Below, piece by piece: positions 38,673-47,967 of a DNA stretch of 64,000 nt (positions are counted from its first letter, which is position 1; every line of letters begins with the position of its first letter). The position numbers and the translations under genes were made by a program. Source of the DNA: an uncultured Planctomycetota bacterium (lineage in GTDB: Bacteria; Planctomycetota; Planctomycetia; Pirellulales; Lacipirellulaceae); the NCBI GenBank assembly GCA_963719315.1, contig CAVRBU010000002.1:1600001-1664000 (forward strand), read 5' to 3'. The notes under the pieces were generated by a model. That model worked only from the letters and a program-made list of their open reading frames with translations, did no database searches and had not been told where the DNA came from.

Positions 38673-39320
38673 GTGTTCAATAAGTCCTTGACCGTCGTGC
38701 TGCCCGTTTACAATGGTGAAACGCGGCTGCGTAGCAGCGTGAACGAAATCCTCGAGCTGGCCAGCGAGCTGACGACTAAGTTCGGCGTGCTGATCATCGA
38801 CGACGGCTCGAACGACGCCACTTACGAAGTGGCCGAGGAACTGGCTGCGCACTTTCCGCAAGTCAGCGTCCGCAGGCACCGCCATCGCCGCGGGCTGGGC
38901 TCGGCGATCGACTACGCGCAACGTCGGGTCCGTTCGGACGCCGTGATCGTACACGACGGCGTGACGCCAATCGACGCCGGCGAGATCCTCAGCTTGTGGC
39001 GTCATTGGGCTGCCCAAACGCCGTCGAGCATGAACGAGACAGGCGACCCCGCCGCGATGCAGGGCCAAATGAGCGACCTCGCCAACTTGCCAGCGATTCA
39101 TGCGGCGATGGAGCGGGCCCATGGCCGACTGATCGGTTTTCAAATGGTCGCCCCGCTGCCGTTCGACGAAGCGTTCGCCGAGTATGACCCCTCGATGGCC
39201 ATGACCACGCTGCGAAAAGATTCGCCCCGCAACGCCCGCAAGCCAGGCGTGGGGCAAATTCCGACGATGCCGCGGCCGAAGTTTTTGACGGCTCTGGCGA
39301 ATTTCGCGCTGGGTGAATGA
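38673..39320 (+). CDS. Short GT2-fold protein
   Basis: VVLPVYN, IIDDGSNDAT, GLGSA; C-terminal half not GT2-like. Confidence 0.65.
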   Translation: MFNKSLTVVLPVYNGETRLRSSVNEILELASELTTKFGVLIIDDGSNDATYEVAEELAAHFPQVSVRRHRHRRGLGSAIDYAQRRVRSDAVIVHDGVTPIDAGEILSLWRHWAAQTPSSMNETGDPAAMQGQMSDLANLPAIHAAMERAHGRLIGFQMVAPLPFDEAFAEYDPSMAMTTLRKDSPRNARKPGVGQIPTMPRPKFLTALANFALGE

Positions 39321-39359
39321 CATTGAGCGGTGACTGTTCGAGGTTCCCTTTCTAGTCGT

Positions 39360-39424
39360 GTGCCACTGGCTCTGCCAGTACCGCTTCGACATTTGCTGAA
39401 TCACCGGCATAGCCAGTGGCACCC
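39360..39424. repeat. Inverted REP pair (GTGCCACTGGCTCTGCCAGT family) between convergent genes
   Basis: gtgccactggctctgccagt ... accggcatagccagtggcaccc. Confidence 0.8.
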
Positions 39425-39434
39425 AATTCAGTCT

Positions 39435-40976
39435 TCAAGCTTTGAGTGCCGCGCGTGTCCGTTCGACGAGCTTGTTGTCGCGGTCATGCGAGCTGCGGAG
39501 CTTGAAGATATTCGTCGCCAGGTACGTGTCGCGCCATTCGGGCGACACGTGGTAATAATCCTCCAGCACGGCCGAGCTGAATTTGTAATCGTGGGCGTCA
39601 TTCCCTTTGAGGAACACCAGCACCCGTGCCGCGTCCATGAAGTCTCGCGCCGGAACGGTATCGGCCGGAGGTTGCTTCAAGTAGCCCAGCAAATTGCGGG
39701 CGGCCGACATGGGGTCTTTTCCCAGGTCGGCCAGGATTTGATCGATCGGCTTGTCTCCCGGCTTTTCCTCTGTCGACGATAATTGATCGATCGTAATATC
39801 GTTCACGCCGCCGCGACGTTTCATGGCTTCGCGAAACAGTGTGACAAAGGCCGCATTTTGCAGGAGCAGCAGCCGGCGCGTTTCGTCGTTGTCGCTGGTC
39901 TGGTAGGCGTAGTGCAGGGCGTTCGTGGACGTGACCGCGTGAATCGCAACGATGCCGGGCTGCCGCATGAGCAATTCGCCCGAGGCGACGTGCAGGGCGT
40001 CCCAAATCGATTGCGGAGCGGCGCCGGCAGCTAACAACTTGACGGCCTGTTCGCATGCGTCGTCGTCGGACGCCATGCGGAGCGCGTGCAGCATGTCGGT
40101 CGTCGCGGACTTATCGAGTTTGCCTTCTTGCCAATTGGGGCAGATTTTCTGGGCCAGCTCTTGATTGCGGCGAAAAGGGCGGTCGGCGGCATCGTCGCGC
40201 TTGGCTGGGTTGTCGCCTTGATGGGCGAGAAGGGCATAGGCAAGCGAACGCAAGACCGGCTCGGCGTGTTGCCAGCCGATGCACTGAAGCGTGCGGAAAC
40301 TGTTGGCCACGTAAATTGCCTTGTGGCCGATGTCGCGGAAATCGCGCATGCCGTAACGGAAGAAGAGTTCGTACGTTTCGTTAATGCCGGCGGTGTGGGC
40401 GAGGCCGGCGACCGCGACGTCGGCTGCCTGTTCGTCCCAATTGTCCATCGCCTCGACGAACGCAGCTTTCGCCTTATGCGCAGGCGGTACGGCAGATTCG
40501 TTCACCGCGCTCATCGTCCAGTCACCGCGTTCTTTCACATCCTGGGCCTCGGCTCCCTTGTAATAGTCGAGAGCCCAAAAGATGGGCAGCCAACGGTGCT
40601 CCGCCGGCGAAGCCAGGCTGGCCAAGTGGGCGGCATTGACCACGAGCACCGTGTGAAACTTGAAGCCGACACTCGGCCGCGGCTCAACGTTTTTGACGCC
40701 GGCCAACAGCAACGCGGCCAGCAGTTCACGATAACTCAGCCCCTTGTGAATGCGATCGGCGACTTCTTCCAGCAGTCGATCGCGCGGCGTTTTTTCGATG
40801 AGAGCCACGAGCGGCTCGATCTCGGGTTGCAGCCGCACGATTTTCGGTTCGAGCTTCGCCTCGGCCGCCGAGACGGGGCTGAGGCGCGAGTGGAAACCGA
40901 GGTCGCCAAGGGCGAGCATCGCGCCGGTGGTGGCCGTCGACTTCAACAGATTTCTACGGGTGAGTTTGTCGAACAT
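39435..40976 (-). CDS. Tat-exported hypothetical protein with duplicated His-containing helical motifs
   Basis: TRRNLLK Tat signal; FHTVLVVNAAH / IHAVTSTNALH; GHKAIY; AHDYKF. Confidence 0.75.
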   Translation of the reverse strand: MFDKLTRRNLLKSTATTGAMLALGDLGFHSRLSPVSAAEAKLEPKIVRLQPEIEPLVALIEKTPRDRLLEEVADRIHKGLSYRELLAALLLAGVKNVEPRPSVGFKFHTVLVVNAAHLASLASPAEHRWLPIFWALDYYKGAEAQDVKERGDWTMSAVNESAVPPAHKAKAAFVEAMDNWDEQAADVAVAGLAHTAGINETYELFFRYGMRDFRDIGHKAIYVANSFRTLQCIGWQHAEPVLRSLAYALLAHQGDNPAKRDDAADRPFRRNQELAQKICPNWQEGKLDKSATTDMLHALRMASDDDACEQAVKLLAAGAAPQSIWDALHVASGELLMRQPGIVAIHAVTSTNALHYAYQTSDNDETRRLLLLQNAAFVTLFREAMKRRGGVNDITIDQLSSTEEKPGDKPIDQILADLGKDPMSAARNLLGYLKQPPADTVPARDFMDAARVLVFLKGNDAHDYKFSSAVLEDYYHVSPEWRDTYLATNIFKLRSSHDRDNKLVERTRAALKA

Positions 40977-41715
40977 GGTACGGGTCTCCGCCTTGCCACT
41001 CGGTCCGAAACCCCTCAATCGTCGTTATATCACAGTCGCGGAAGTGGAGGCTGCGGCGGAACGTCGCGGCGGGATTGGAATTGCGTTTGTTGTGATCGAA
41101 AGTGAGTGCGAAACGATTTGCGAAATGCCCGAGAATTCCAGTGCGGCCGAGGCGTTTTGCGCTTGCGTGGCTGGCGCGTTGGATTCACAACCTGTTGCGG
41201 CACAACGGGTTGAATTTTGCTCGCGACGTGAGATATTTTTTTTCGCGTGCAAAAGTCCCGAGTATTGCGCGCCCGGCGGGCGAGCAGAGACTGCAAGTCC
41301 CGAGGCGTTGCGGATCGATCGCGGTGCAAAAGTCGCCGAGTTTGCTTCCATAGTTGCACGTTCCTGGCACGGTTTGTTACCACGGATGACCGGATGGGCA
41401 CAGATGCTTGTGCGGGCGCCTCAAGAGAAATGCTCTTCTAAATCCGCGCTATTCGGTATTCCGTGGTTCACGGTTCGGACATCGACGTTAGCACAGTGCG
41501 CGGCCAAAAGCGATGGAAAAATTTTGGGGAGAGCGTGGCACAAAAACTGGGGCTTGACGATTAGGACGAAGAGTCTCTCGCAGAGGCGTAGGGGACGCGG
41601 AGGCAATGCAAGATTTCCTTTTCCACGCCAAAAAATTGACGTGCGTCGTCAAGACATTTATCTTTGCAACAAAGGATTAGCCCCATGGAAGCAATCAATA
41701 ATAATCAAAGTGAAA

Positions 41716-41850
41716 ACCGCCAAGAACGCCAAGTCTTCATTTATTACGATTGAAAAGCTATAGACTGCCGGAACAGATTTTCACATAAAACTGCATGCCA
41801 AGTTGATTTCTGTCGGTTTTCCTTGGCGTTCTTGGCGATCTTGGCAGCGG
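41716..41850. repeat. Inverted repeat pair (CGCCAAG..CTTGGCG family)
   Basis: accgccaagaacgccaag ... cttggcgttcttggcgatcttggc. Confidence 0.7.
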
Positions 41851-42151
41851 AGACTGGCAGGAGATTCGCGACGAAGTTCGGCAACGCTTCGAGTCTAGTG
41901 AATGGACAATCCTGAGCCGTTGACCCCAAGTATTCTTGAAGCAGCAGGAATGAACGGAATTCCAACTCATCCGACGGTCGGCAGACTCCGCTTGGACGCA
42001 GCATCGGCTTTCTGCATGAGCACGCTCGACGCACCGTTCAGGCCAACCGGCGGGTGCAGCCCCGGATTTTTGGATGCACAGGTCGGTTCGACCTGCGTCT
42101 TTTAAGAAGTCTCCCAAGGAAGACGGCGGCCGTGGTTCTTAGGTTACAGAA

Positions 42152-43750
42152 TCACTTGCTGCCGGCGTTCTCCTCCAGACTCTTCATCACCGAGTCGAGG
42201 TTGAAGGTGTCGGCCTTTTGCCGCGGTGGATACTCCTTGAACGTCGCCAGGAACTCGCCCACGTAGGCCTGGGCCGGAACCATCAGGTAGATCCGATGGA
42301 ACAGCCAGTCGTAGTACGTGTTCGACGTGACGTTGGCCCGCTCGTACGGGTCAGTCCGCAGGTTGAAGAGCAACGGCACGCGGAGCGTGGTGAAAGGTTC
42401 CGCCCAGACGCGCAATGTGCCCGGGGCTCGTTGTTCCATGAACAGCAGCTTCCAGTTGTCGTAGCGCAGCGCTGCGACTTGTTGTTCGTCCGTGCAATAG
42501 ATGAATGACGCCCGCGGGCTCTTATCAGTTCCGCCGGTGAGGTAGGGCACCAGGTTGTACCCGTCGAGGTGGATCTTGTAGTTCATGTCCCCGACCTTGT
42601 AACCCTTGAGCAGCTTCTCGGTAACGTCGGGGTCGCCGGCCATGGCGAGCAGAGTCGGAAGCCAGTCGAGGTGCGAGACGATCCCATTCGCCACCGAGCC
42701 TGGCTTGATCTTGCCCGGCCACTTGACCATGCACGGAATGCGGTAGGCGCCTTCCCAGCTTGTATTCTTTTCATTGCGGAACGGCGTCATCGCGCCGTCC
42801 GGCCAGGTGTTCATGTGCGGGCCGTTATCGGTCGAGTACATGACGAACGTATTGTCCTCGATGCCGGCATCCTTGATGGCCTTGAGCACCTCGCCGACAT
42901 TCTTGTCGTGGTCGATCATCACGTCGTGATAGGTGCTTTGCCACTGCCCCGCTTGGCCGATGCTTCCTTCCTTCGGATGCGTGAAGGCATGCATGTGGGT
43001 GAAGTTCACCCAGATGAAGAAGGGTTTACCATCTTTCGCTTGCCGCTTGATATAGTCGGCCGAACGTTGGGCGATATCGTCGTCGATCGTTTCCATCCGC
43101 TTCCGGGTCAGCGGGCCAGTGTCCTTGATCGTCTGCTTGCCAACCTTGCCGAATCGCGGATCGACGGTCGGGTCATCCGTGGCCGATGCCTTGCATTCGA
43201 GCACGCCACGGGGGCCGAACTTGGCACGGAACGCCGGGTCCTTCGGGTAGTCCACATGCTCTGGCTCCTCCTCGGCGTTCAGGTGATACAGGTTGCCGTA
43301 AAATTCATCGAAGCCATGAACCGTCGGCAGGTATTCATTGCGGTCGCCGAGGTGGTTCTTGCCGATCTGGGCGGTGGCATACCCTTGCGCCTTGAGCAGG
43401 TTGGCGATGGTCGGGTCTTCTTTCTGCATACCCGCCTTTGCCCCGGGCATCCCGACCTTCGTCAGTCCCGTCCTCATCCCGTGCTGGCCGGTGATGAACG
43501 ATGCGCGACCGGCGGTGCAACTCTGCTCACCGTAATAGTCGGTGAAAATCATGCCCTCGTTGGCAATACTGTCGATATTGGGCGTGCGGTAACCCATCAG
43601 CCCCTTGCTGTAGGCGCTGACGTTTGACTGACCGATGTCGTCGCCCCAGATGATGACGATGTTCGGTTTGTCGGCAGCTGACGCTGTAGTAGTCAGCAGT
43701 GCGATGGCCGCGACCCATGAAAGTGCTACGCGGAACTGAAAGTAACGCAT
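42152..43750 (-). CDS. Arylsulfatase (Cys-type formylglycine sulfatase)
   Basis: Signal peptide, KPNIVIIWGDDIG, SCTAGR, GKNHLGD, STDNG. Confidence 0.95.
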   Translation of the reverse strand: MRYFQFRVALSWVAAIALLTTTASAADKPNIVIIWGDDIGQSNVSAYSKGLMGYRTPNIDSIANEGMIFTDYYGEQSCTAGRASFITGQHGMRTGLTKVGMPGAKAGMQKEDPTIANLLKAQGYATAQIGKNHLGDRNEYLPTVHGFDEFYGNLYHLNAEEEPEHVDYPKDPAFRAKFGPRGVLECKASATDDPTVDPRFGKVGKQTIKDTGPLTRKRMETIDDDIAQRSADYIKRQAKDGKPFFIWVNFTHMHAFTHPKEGSIGQAGQWQSTYHDVMIDHDKNVGEVLKAIKDAGIEDNTFVMYSTDNGPHMNTWPDGAMTPFRNEKNTSWEGAYRIPCMVKWPGKIKPGSVANGIVSHLDWLPTLLAMAGDPDVTEKLLKGYKVGDMNYKIHLDGYNLVPYLTGGTDKSPRASFIYCTDEQQVAALRYDNWKLLFMEQRAPGTLRVWAEPFTTLRVPLLFNLRTDPYERANVTSNTYYDWLFHRIYLMVPAQAYVGEFLATFKEYPPRQKADTFNLDSVMKSLEENAGSK

Positions 43751-44258
43751 AGAGTCCTCCGCGAGATTAGAGGTGAGGTACGGAAACTCACTCAACGCGC
43801 CCATATTATCATTCCGCGGAGTCTGTGGTTGCAACCTTTAGCCGCAATTTTTCTCGCTCTAAGGGTTTTTGCCCATCTCGCTCCGGTCGGGAAGCGGGCA
43901 AGCTGGAGTGATTTCGTCAAGAATTGCAGGCTATGCATGCCGCGCAGCGTTTAATGCGTACAGCTTTACGCTCACAAGCGGCGAAGAAACGGCCACGCAG
44001 TTTGTCGGCACGTATGGCGTCAGTTGGAAAATCTGCGATCACATCCGCTGGGATTCCACCATTCGTTGCGGCACCGCCGGTGATGCGGCCAGCCGCTTTC
44101 TGATTGTAGCAAAGGTGACTGCCATGTGGATTTCAAGTCCTTGGGTTAAATTTGTGCGGCGACGTACGGCGATCGGTCCACCGGCGAGGTGGTTTTTTTG
44201 AGGTTCGTGCAGGTCTCGGTCTTCAATCACGCGAGAGGATTATCTCTGTCGTCTTGGT

Positions 44259-44390
44259 GATCACGTATCGCCGTACAGGTAATGCATAAGAGGGACGGCC
44301 CCGAACTGCCGTATCAGGCGGTGGTGATCCGACAGAGCGCCATGCACCTGAAAAGGCAGGAATGCCATAGGGCGTGAAGGCGGTGTCAAT
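44259..44390 (-). ncRNA. Putative IS110 bridge RNA (target-binding and donor-binding loops)
   Basis: Two stem/internal-loop/hairpin modules; loop segments CACGCC and AGGUG match the empty target; GGCAGU and UACCUG match the donor junction. Confidence 0.75.
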
Positions 44391-44402
44391 CCTCACACGA
44401 GT

Positions 44403-45980
44403 TCAGGACCGTTCCCTGTTTTCATTTGCTTGTGCGATTCTTATATTCAAGCAGGCCAAGACAGCCGGCAATACGTCACCGATCGGCTTGGGGCCCTGTC
44501 GGCGACGCGTGTGCTGCTGCAGGACGTCCGCGACGATTATCGCTTCATGGCTGCAAGTGTTATAGGGTAGTTGCCCAACAGCGGCTTCCAGGTCAGCCAA
44601 CAAGACATCCATGGGTGTCTCATGCTCCTGATGAAAGCGACGCAGTTTGTCCAGTATAGAGTCGGGCTTTTGAAAGCATGAATGGCGCATCGGCTCGTCC
44701 CCGGCGACACAGGCCAGCGCCAAGCGGCTGAATCGCTTGGCGATCTTAACGCGACTGGCCCGCTTGTCGACGCCCCGGGCTATGTCCACTTCTGCCTGGC
44801 CGCGGTAATAATTGCAGTGACAAGCCAGGTTGTCGGCGATTCCCATGAGCACGCAGCGCAGCCGACGATTGGCCTGGCGGATTAACTCTCCATTGGCGTT
44901 GTCCGTTTGATCGCTTTGATAACGGGACGGGAACAAGCCCGCGCGACCGGTGATGGCGTTCGCGTTGGCGTACCCTGAAATGGGTCCCATTTCTGCCGCT
45001 AACTCGGCGGCCGAAACGACGTTGATACCGGCGATGGCCATCAGGCGAATGTAAGGAGTCTGCACCACGTCGCCGGCAAGTTGTCGCTCCAAGGCAGCGA
45101 TTTGCCGTTGAAAATGCTGATAGAGCTCGTACAGATCGGTCCAGATGGCATGGTGCATCGGCCCGTCTTGAATGGGATCGTCCGTCGCTTGCGTCGCCCA
45201 GGCGAGAACTTTGTCGATGGTGCGCAGCTGGTGGCGAACCTTGTTCTTGCTCAGATATCGGCTCAAGCCATTCCGTCCAAGTTGGAGCAGTTTGGCAGGT
45301 GAGTCGCAGTGGACGGCGATCGGCAGTGCTGTAGGCGATTCAAACAAGCCACTGAACAGCCCGGCATATCCAGGCATCGCCAGATGCAAGTGGTCGCGAA
45401 TCTGGCAGGCCAGCGCGGCCGACTTCTGAACAAGGTCGCGGCGATGGCGTGCGCGTAGCTGCAGATCTCGATAAGGAGGTTCCAATTCCAGCTCGCGCAG
45501 CCCAAAGCCGGCGACCGCAGCACGATGTTGTGCATAGAGGTCATTTTCATCGGTCTTGTTGCCCGGATTGGCCGGCATTCGATACTGCTTGGTAGCGAAC
45601 GGATGGACCACACGCGTTTCGAATCCGGCTCTGGCGAAGGCTCGCTTGGGAGGAAGATAGTAGTTTCCCGTTCGCTCAACCACGACGATTGTGTCCTGGA
45701 TACCATGCCGCTGTTGCGCTTGTCGGATCATCTCCACCGCCACATTGAAGAAGACGCTTTGGTGCTCGACGGTTTGAGGTCCAATCAGCAGGTTGCCAAA
45801 GTAGTCTGCCATCATCCACTCCGATCGATGCTTGGCGGGATCGACACAGACGATGGCAAAGTGTTCACCACCTACTTTTTGGACACGTGGACTGATCATT
45901 CCACTCGGTTTTTGCAGCGACTGCCTGCGTGGCTTGGCTTTGTGCTGCACACGGCCGGTTCGTCTGACGTGGTACGACAT
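44403..45980 (-). CDS. IS110 family transposase/recombinase
   Basis: DEDD motifs CVDPAK, VVERTG, KTDEND; C-terminal IAGINVVSAAEL..GLFPSRYQS; GGAG RBS before ATG 45980. Confidence 0.92.
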   Translation of the reverse strand: MSYHVRRTGRVQHKAKPRRQSLQKPSGMISPRVQKVGGEHFAIVCVDPAKHRSEWMMADYFGNLLIGPQTVEHQSVFFNVAVEMIRQAQQRHGIQDTIVVVERTGNYYLPPKRAFARAGFETRVVHPFATKQYRMPANPGNKTDENDLYAQHRAAVAGFGLRELELEPPYRDLQLRARHRRDLVQKSAALACQIRDHLHLAMPGYAGLFSGLFESPTALPIAVHCDSPAKLLQLGRNGLSRYLSKNKVRHQLRTIDKVLAWATQATDDPIQDGPMHHAIWTDLYELYQHFQRQIAALERQLAGDVVQTPYIRLMAIAGINVVSAAELAAEMGPISGYANANAITGRAGLFPSRYQSDQTDNANGELIRQANRRLRCVLMGIADNLACHCNYYRGQAEVDIARGVDKRASRVKIAKRFSRLALACVAGDEPMRHSCFQKPDSILDKLRRFHQEHETPMDVLLADLEAAVGQLPYNTCSHEAIIVADVLQQHTRRRQGPKPIGDVLPAVLACLNIRIAQANENRERS

Positions 45981-46461
45981 GTTGGATTCTCCGTAATCGG
46001 GGAAAGTAAAGGTGCGGACCTGAACTTTCCCCACAGCAATCCAAGCTGACGATCCTCCAGAAGAAGTATTTTGGGGATCTAAGCGTCATACCTGGGCGTG
46101 TCCTTAGTCGTCCAGTTGCGCTAATTTCCCGCTCACCAACTTGCCGATTTTGCGATACATAAAGGACGTTGAACTAAACCGGGGACGGTAGGAAAGAAGA
46201 TCTTATCTCAATGCGACCGGCGCCAGTTGGGCAGTCCCTTGCGCACCGCTTTCATCGCCTCGGCCGCACTACACGCATCGGGATTGAACGCGCCGAGGAC
46301 GTGCGTTCGACGCTCAGCAACATTTGCACGTGCGATTGGCTCTCCCATTCCCCGGCCTCTATTGATTGGCGGCACCCGATCGCGACGAGCCAATCAGGCC
46401 AGTCGTGCCGATTGTTGGTGGGGAATCGGCGTTGGTGACGACGCTATGGCTCGGGCGGGTT

Positions 46462-47793
46462 TCAATTGGCGGCCGGTGCGGAGGATTCGAGGCGGTAGAG
46501 GTGCGACTTCGTGCGGAGGATGAGGGTGCGGCCGTCGACGGCGGGTGACGCCATAAAACCGTCGTCGAGGGTGTTGGTGGCGACGAGGTCGAATTTTCGG
46601 CCGGGGGTGATGATGGTGCATTGGCCGTCGCGATCGCAGAAGTAGAGGTGGCCATCGGCGTAGATGGGCGAGGCGGCGAAGGAACCGCCGACGCGTTTTT
46701 GCCAGACGAGTTTGCCGTTGGCGGCGTCGAAGCAGCGGACGATGCCATCGTCGTTGGACATGTAGATCAGGCCGTCCACGAGGATCGGCGAGGAGGTGTG
46801 GGCGACGCCGGTTTTCAGCCGCCAGAGGACGTTGTCGGTTTCAGTAAGGTTGCCGGTTGCCGCGGCGCGGATGGACCAGAGCTCGGGGTGGATGTTGCCC
46901 GTGATCATGTAGGCGATGCCGTCGCGATAGATCGGGCGCGGCGCGATGCTGAAGTCGTCGAACACGATTCGCCAGCGCTCTTTGCCGGAGCGTGGGTCGT
47001 AGGCGAAAGCACTCATCGCGCCGCCGCTGAGCATGAGCGGTTCGCCGTTCGGCAGTTGGACGATAAGAGGCGTGCTGTGGGCTTTGCGCATGTCGCCGTC
47101 GCGAGCGCGTTGGGCGGCATCTGGCGATTTGCCTGTGACGTCCTGATCTTGCCACTCAACGTCCCGATCCGTCCGCCAGACCGTATCACCAGTTTTCTTG
47201 TCGAGCGCGACAACGTATTGCTGATCGACTCCGTCGAGCGTGAGAATTACGAGATTTTCGTACAGCACGACGGAGGACGAGGGACCGCGGTAGTGGCGGC
47301 AGGGGAGGTCGGTGCGTTGCCAGAGTACGTTGCCCGTCTTCGTATCGAGGCAGGCGGTGCCATAGCTGCCGAAGTGGACGTACACGCGGCCGGGTTCGAT
47401 TGCGGGCGACGGCGCGGCGTAGCAATTCGTGTTGTTGCCGAGCGGTTCGGGCGAGTCGCAGTGGAACAGTTTATTATTGTGGAGGATGTTGCCGGAACCG
47501 ACGTCGACGCAGATGGCGTAGAAATCGTGGCCGTCGTCGGTCGCGGTAGTGAGCCAGATTTGGCCGTCCATGACGACGGGCGTGGACCAGCCGTGAAACG
47601 GGATGGGCGTTTTCCAGCGGACGTTTTCGGACTCGCTCCACGTGGTCGGCAGGCCGATGGGCTTGCGATCGTCCGCAGCTGCGACGTAGCCGTTGCCGAA
47701 TGGGCCGCGGAATTCGGGCCAATCGGCGCGGGCGAAGGCGGACGCGAGTGCGACGAGCAAGCAGGCTGCGATGCGAATGAAAGGGGGGAGCAT
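46462..47793 (-). CDS. PQQ-like beta-propeller (BamB-like) secreted protein
   Basis: Signal peptide then DWPEFRGP, WKTPIP..GWSTPVV, repeated xDxxTGxxxW blades, MASPAV. Confidence 0.9.
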   Translation of the reverse strand: MLPPFIRIAACLLVALASAFARADWPEFRGPFGNGYVAAADDRKPIGLPTTWSESENVRWKTPIPFHGWSTPVVMDGQIWLTTATDDGHDFYAICVDVGSGNILHNNKLFHCDSPEPLGNNTNCYAAPSPAIEPGRVYVHFGSYGTACLDTKTGNVLWQRTDLPCRHYRGPSSSVVLYENLVILTLDGVDQQYVVALDKKTGDTVWRTDRDVEWQDQDVTGKSPDAAQRARDGDMRKAHSTPLIVQLPNGEPLMLSGGAMSAFAYDPRSGKERWRIVFDDFSIAPRPIYRDGIAYMITGNIHPELWSIRAAATGNLTETDNVLWRLKTGVAHTSSPILVDGLIYMSNDDGIVRCFDAANGKLVWQKRVGGSFAASPIYADGHLYFCDRDGQCTIITPGRKFDLVATNTLDDGFMASPAVDGRTLILRTKSHLYRLESSAPAAN

Positions 47794-47827
47794 ATTGTCC
47801 GTTGTCCGTTGTCCGTTGTCCGTTGTC
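47794..47827. repeat. Heptamer tandem repeat (GTTGTCC)n
   Basis: attgtccgttgtccgttgtccgttgtccgttgtc. Confidence 0.9.
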
Positions 47828-47883
47828 AATGCAGCGGACAATGGGGCGGTGTCCTAAATTTGGCACCGTTCGGACCGGAACTT

Positions 47884-47936
47884 TGTAGCCCGGACTTCAG
47901 TCCGTACGAGAATCACGGACTAAAGTCCGTGCTACA
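47884..47936. repeat. GTAG-type inverted REP pair
   Basis: tgtagcccggacttcagtccgt ... acggactaaagtccgtgctaca. Confidence 0.85.
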
Positions 47937-47967
47937 TGGTTGGATACCACCGACTATGGATCACGGA

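Larger units (their letters stand above)
44116..46094 (-). mobile_element. Complete IS110-family insertion sequence flanked by CA core dinucleotides
   Basis: Transposase plus ends defined by core TG on + strand at 44116-44117 and 46093-46094; ends supported by guide matches and a circle-junction promoter. Confidence 0.8.

Noticed and set aside
40750..41763. 337-aa ORF across the intergenic region
   Set aside because: Overlaps the Tat gene antisense, runs through repeats, no protein-like features
44012..44021. Alternative IS110 right end (gtatggcgt, inverted relative to left-end gcgtcatac)
   Set aside because: The 44116 end explains guides, core and junction promoter; this one does not
46152..46179. 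dif-like site gcgatacataa-aggacg-ttgaactaaac
   Set aside because: XerD arm matches the consensus poorly (about 6 of 11); insufficient without skew data
47794..47841. N-terminal TTDNGQRTTDN extension of the PQQ protein
   Set aside because: Translation of an upstream heptamer repeat; the signal peptide starts at ATG 47793
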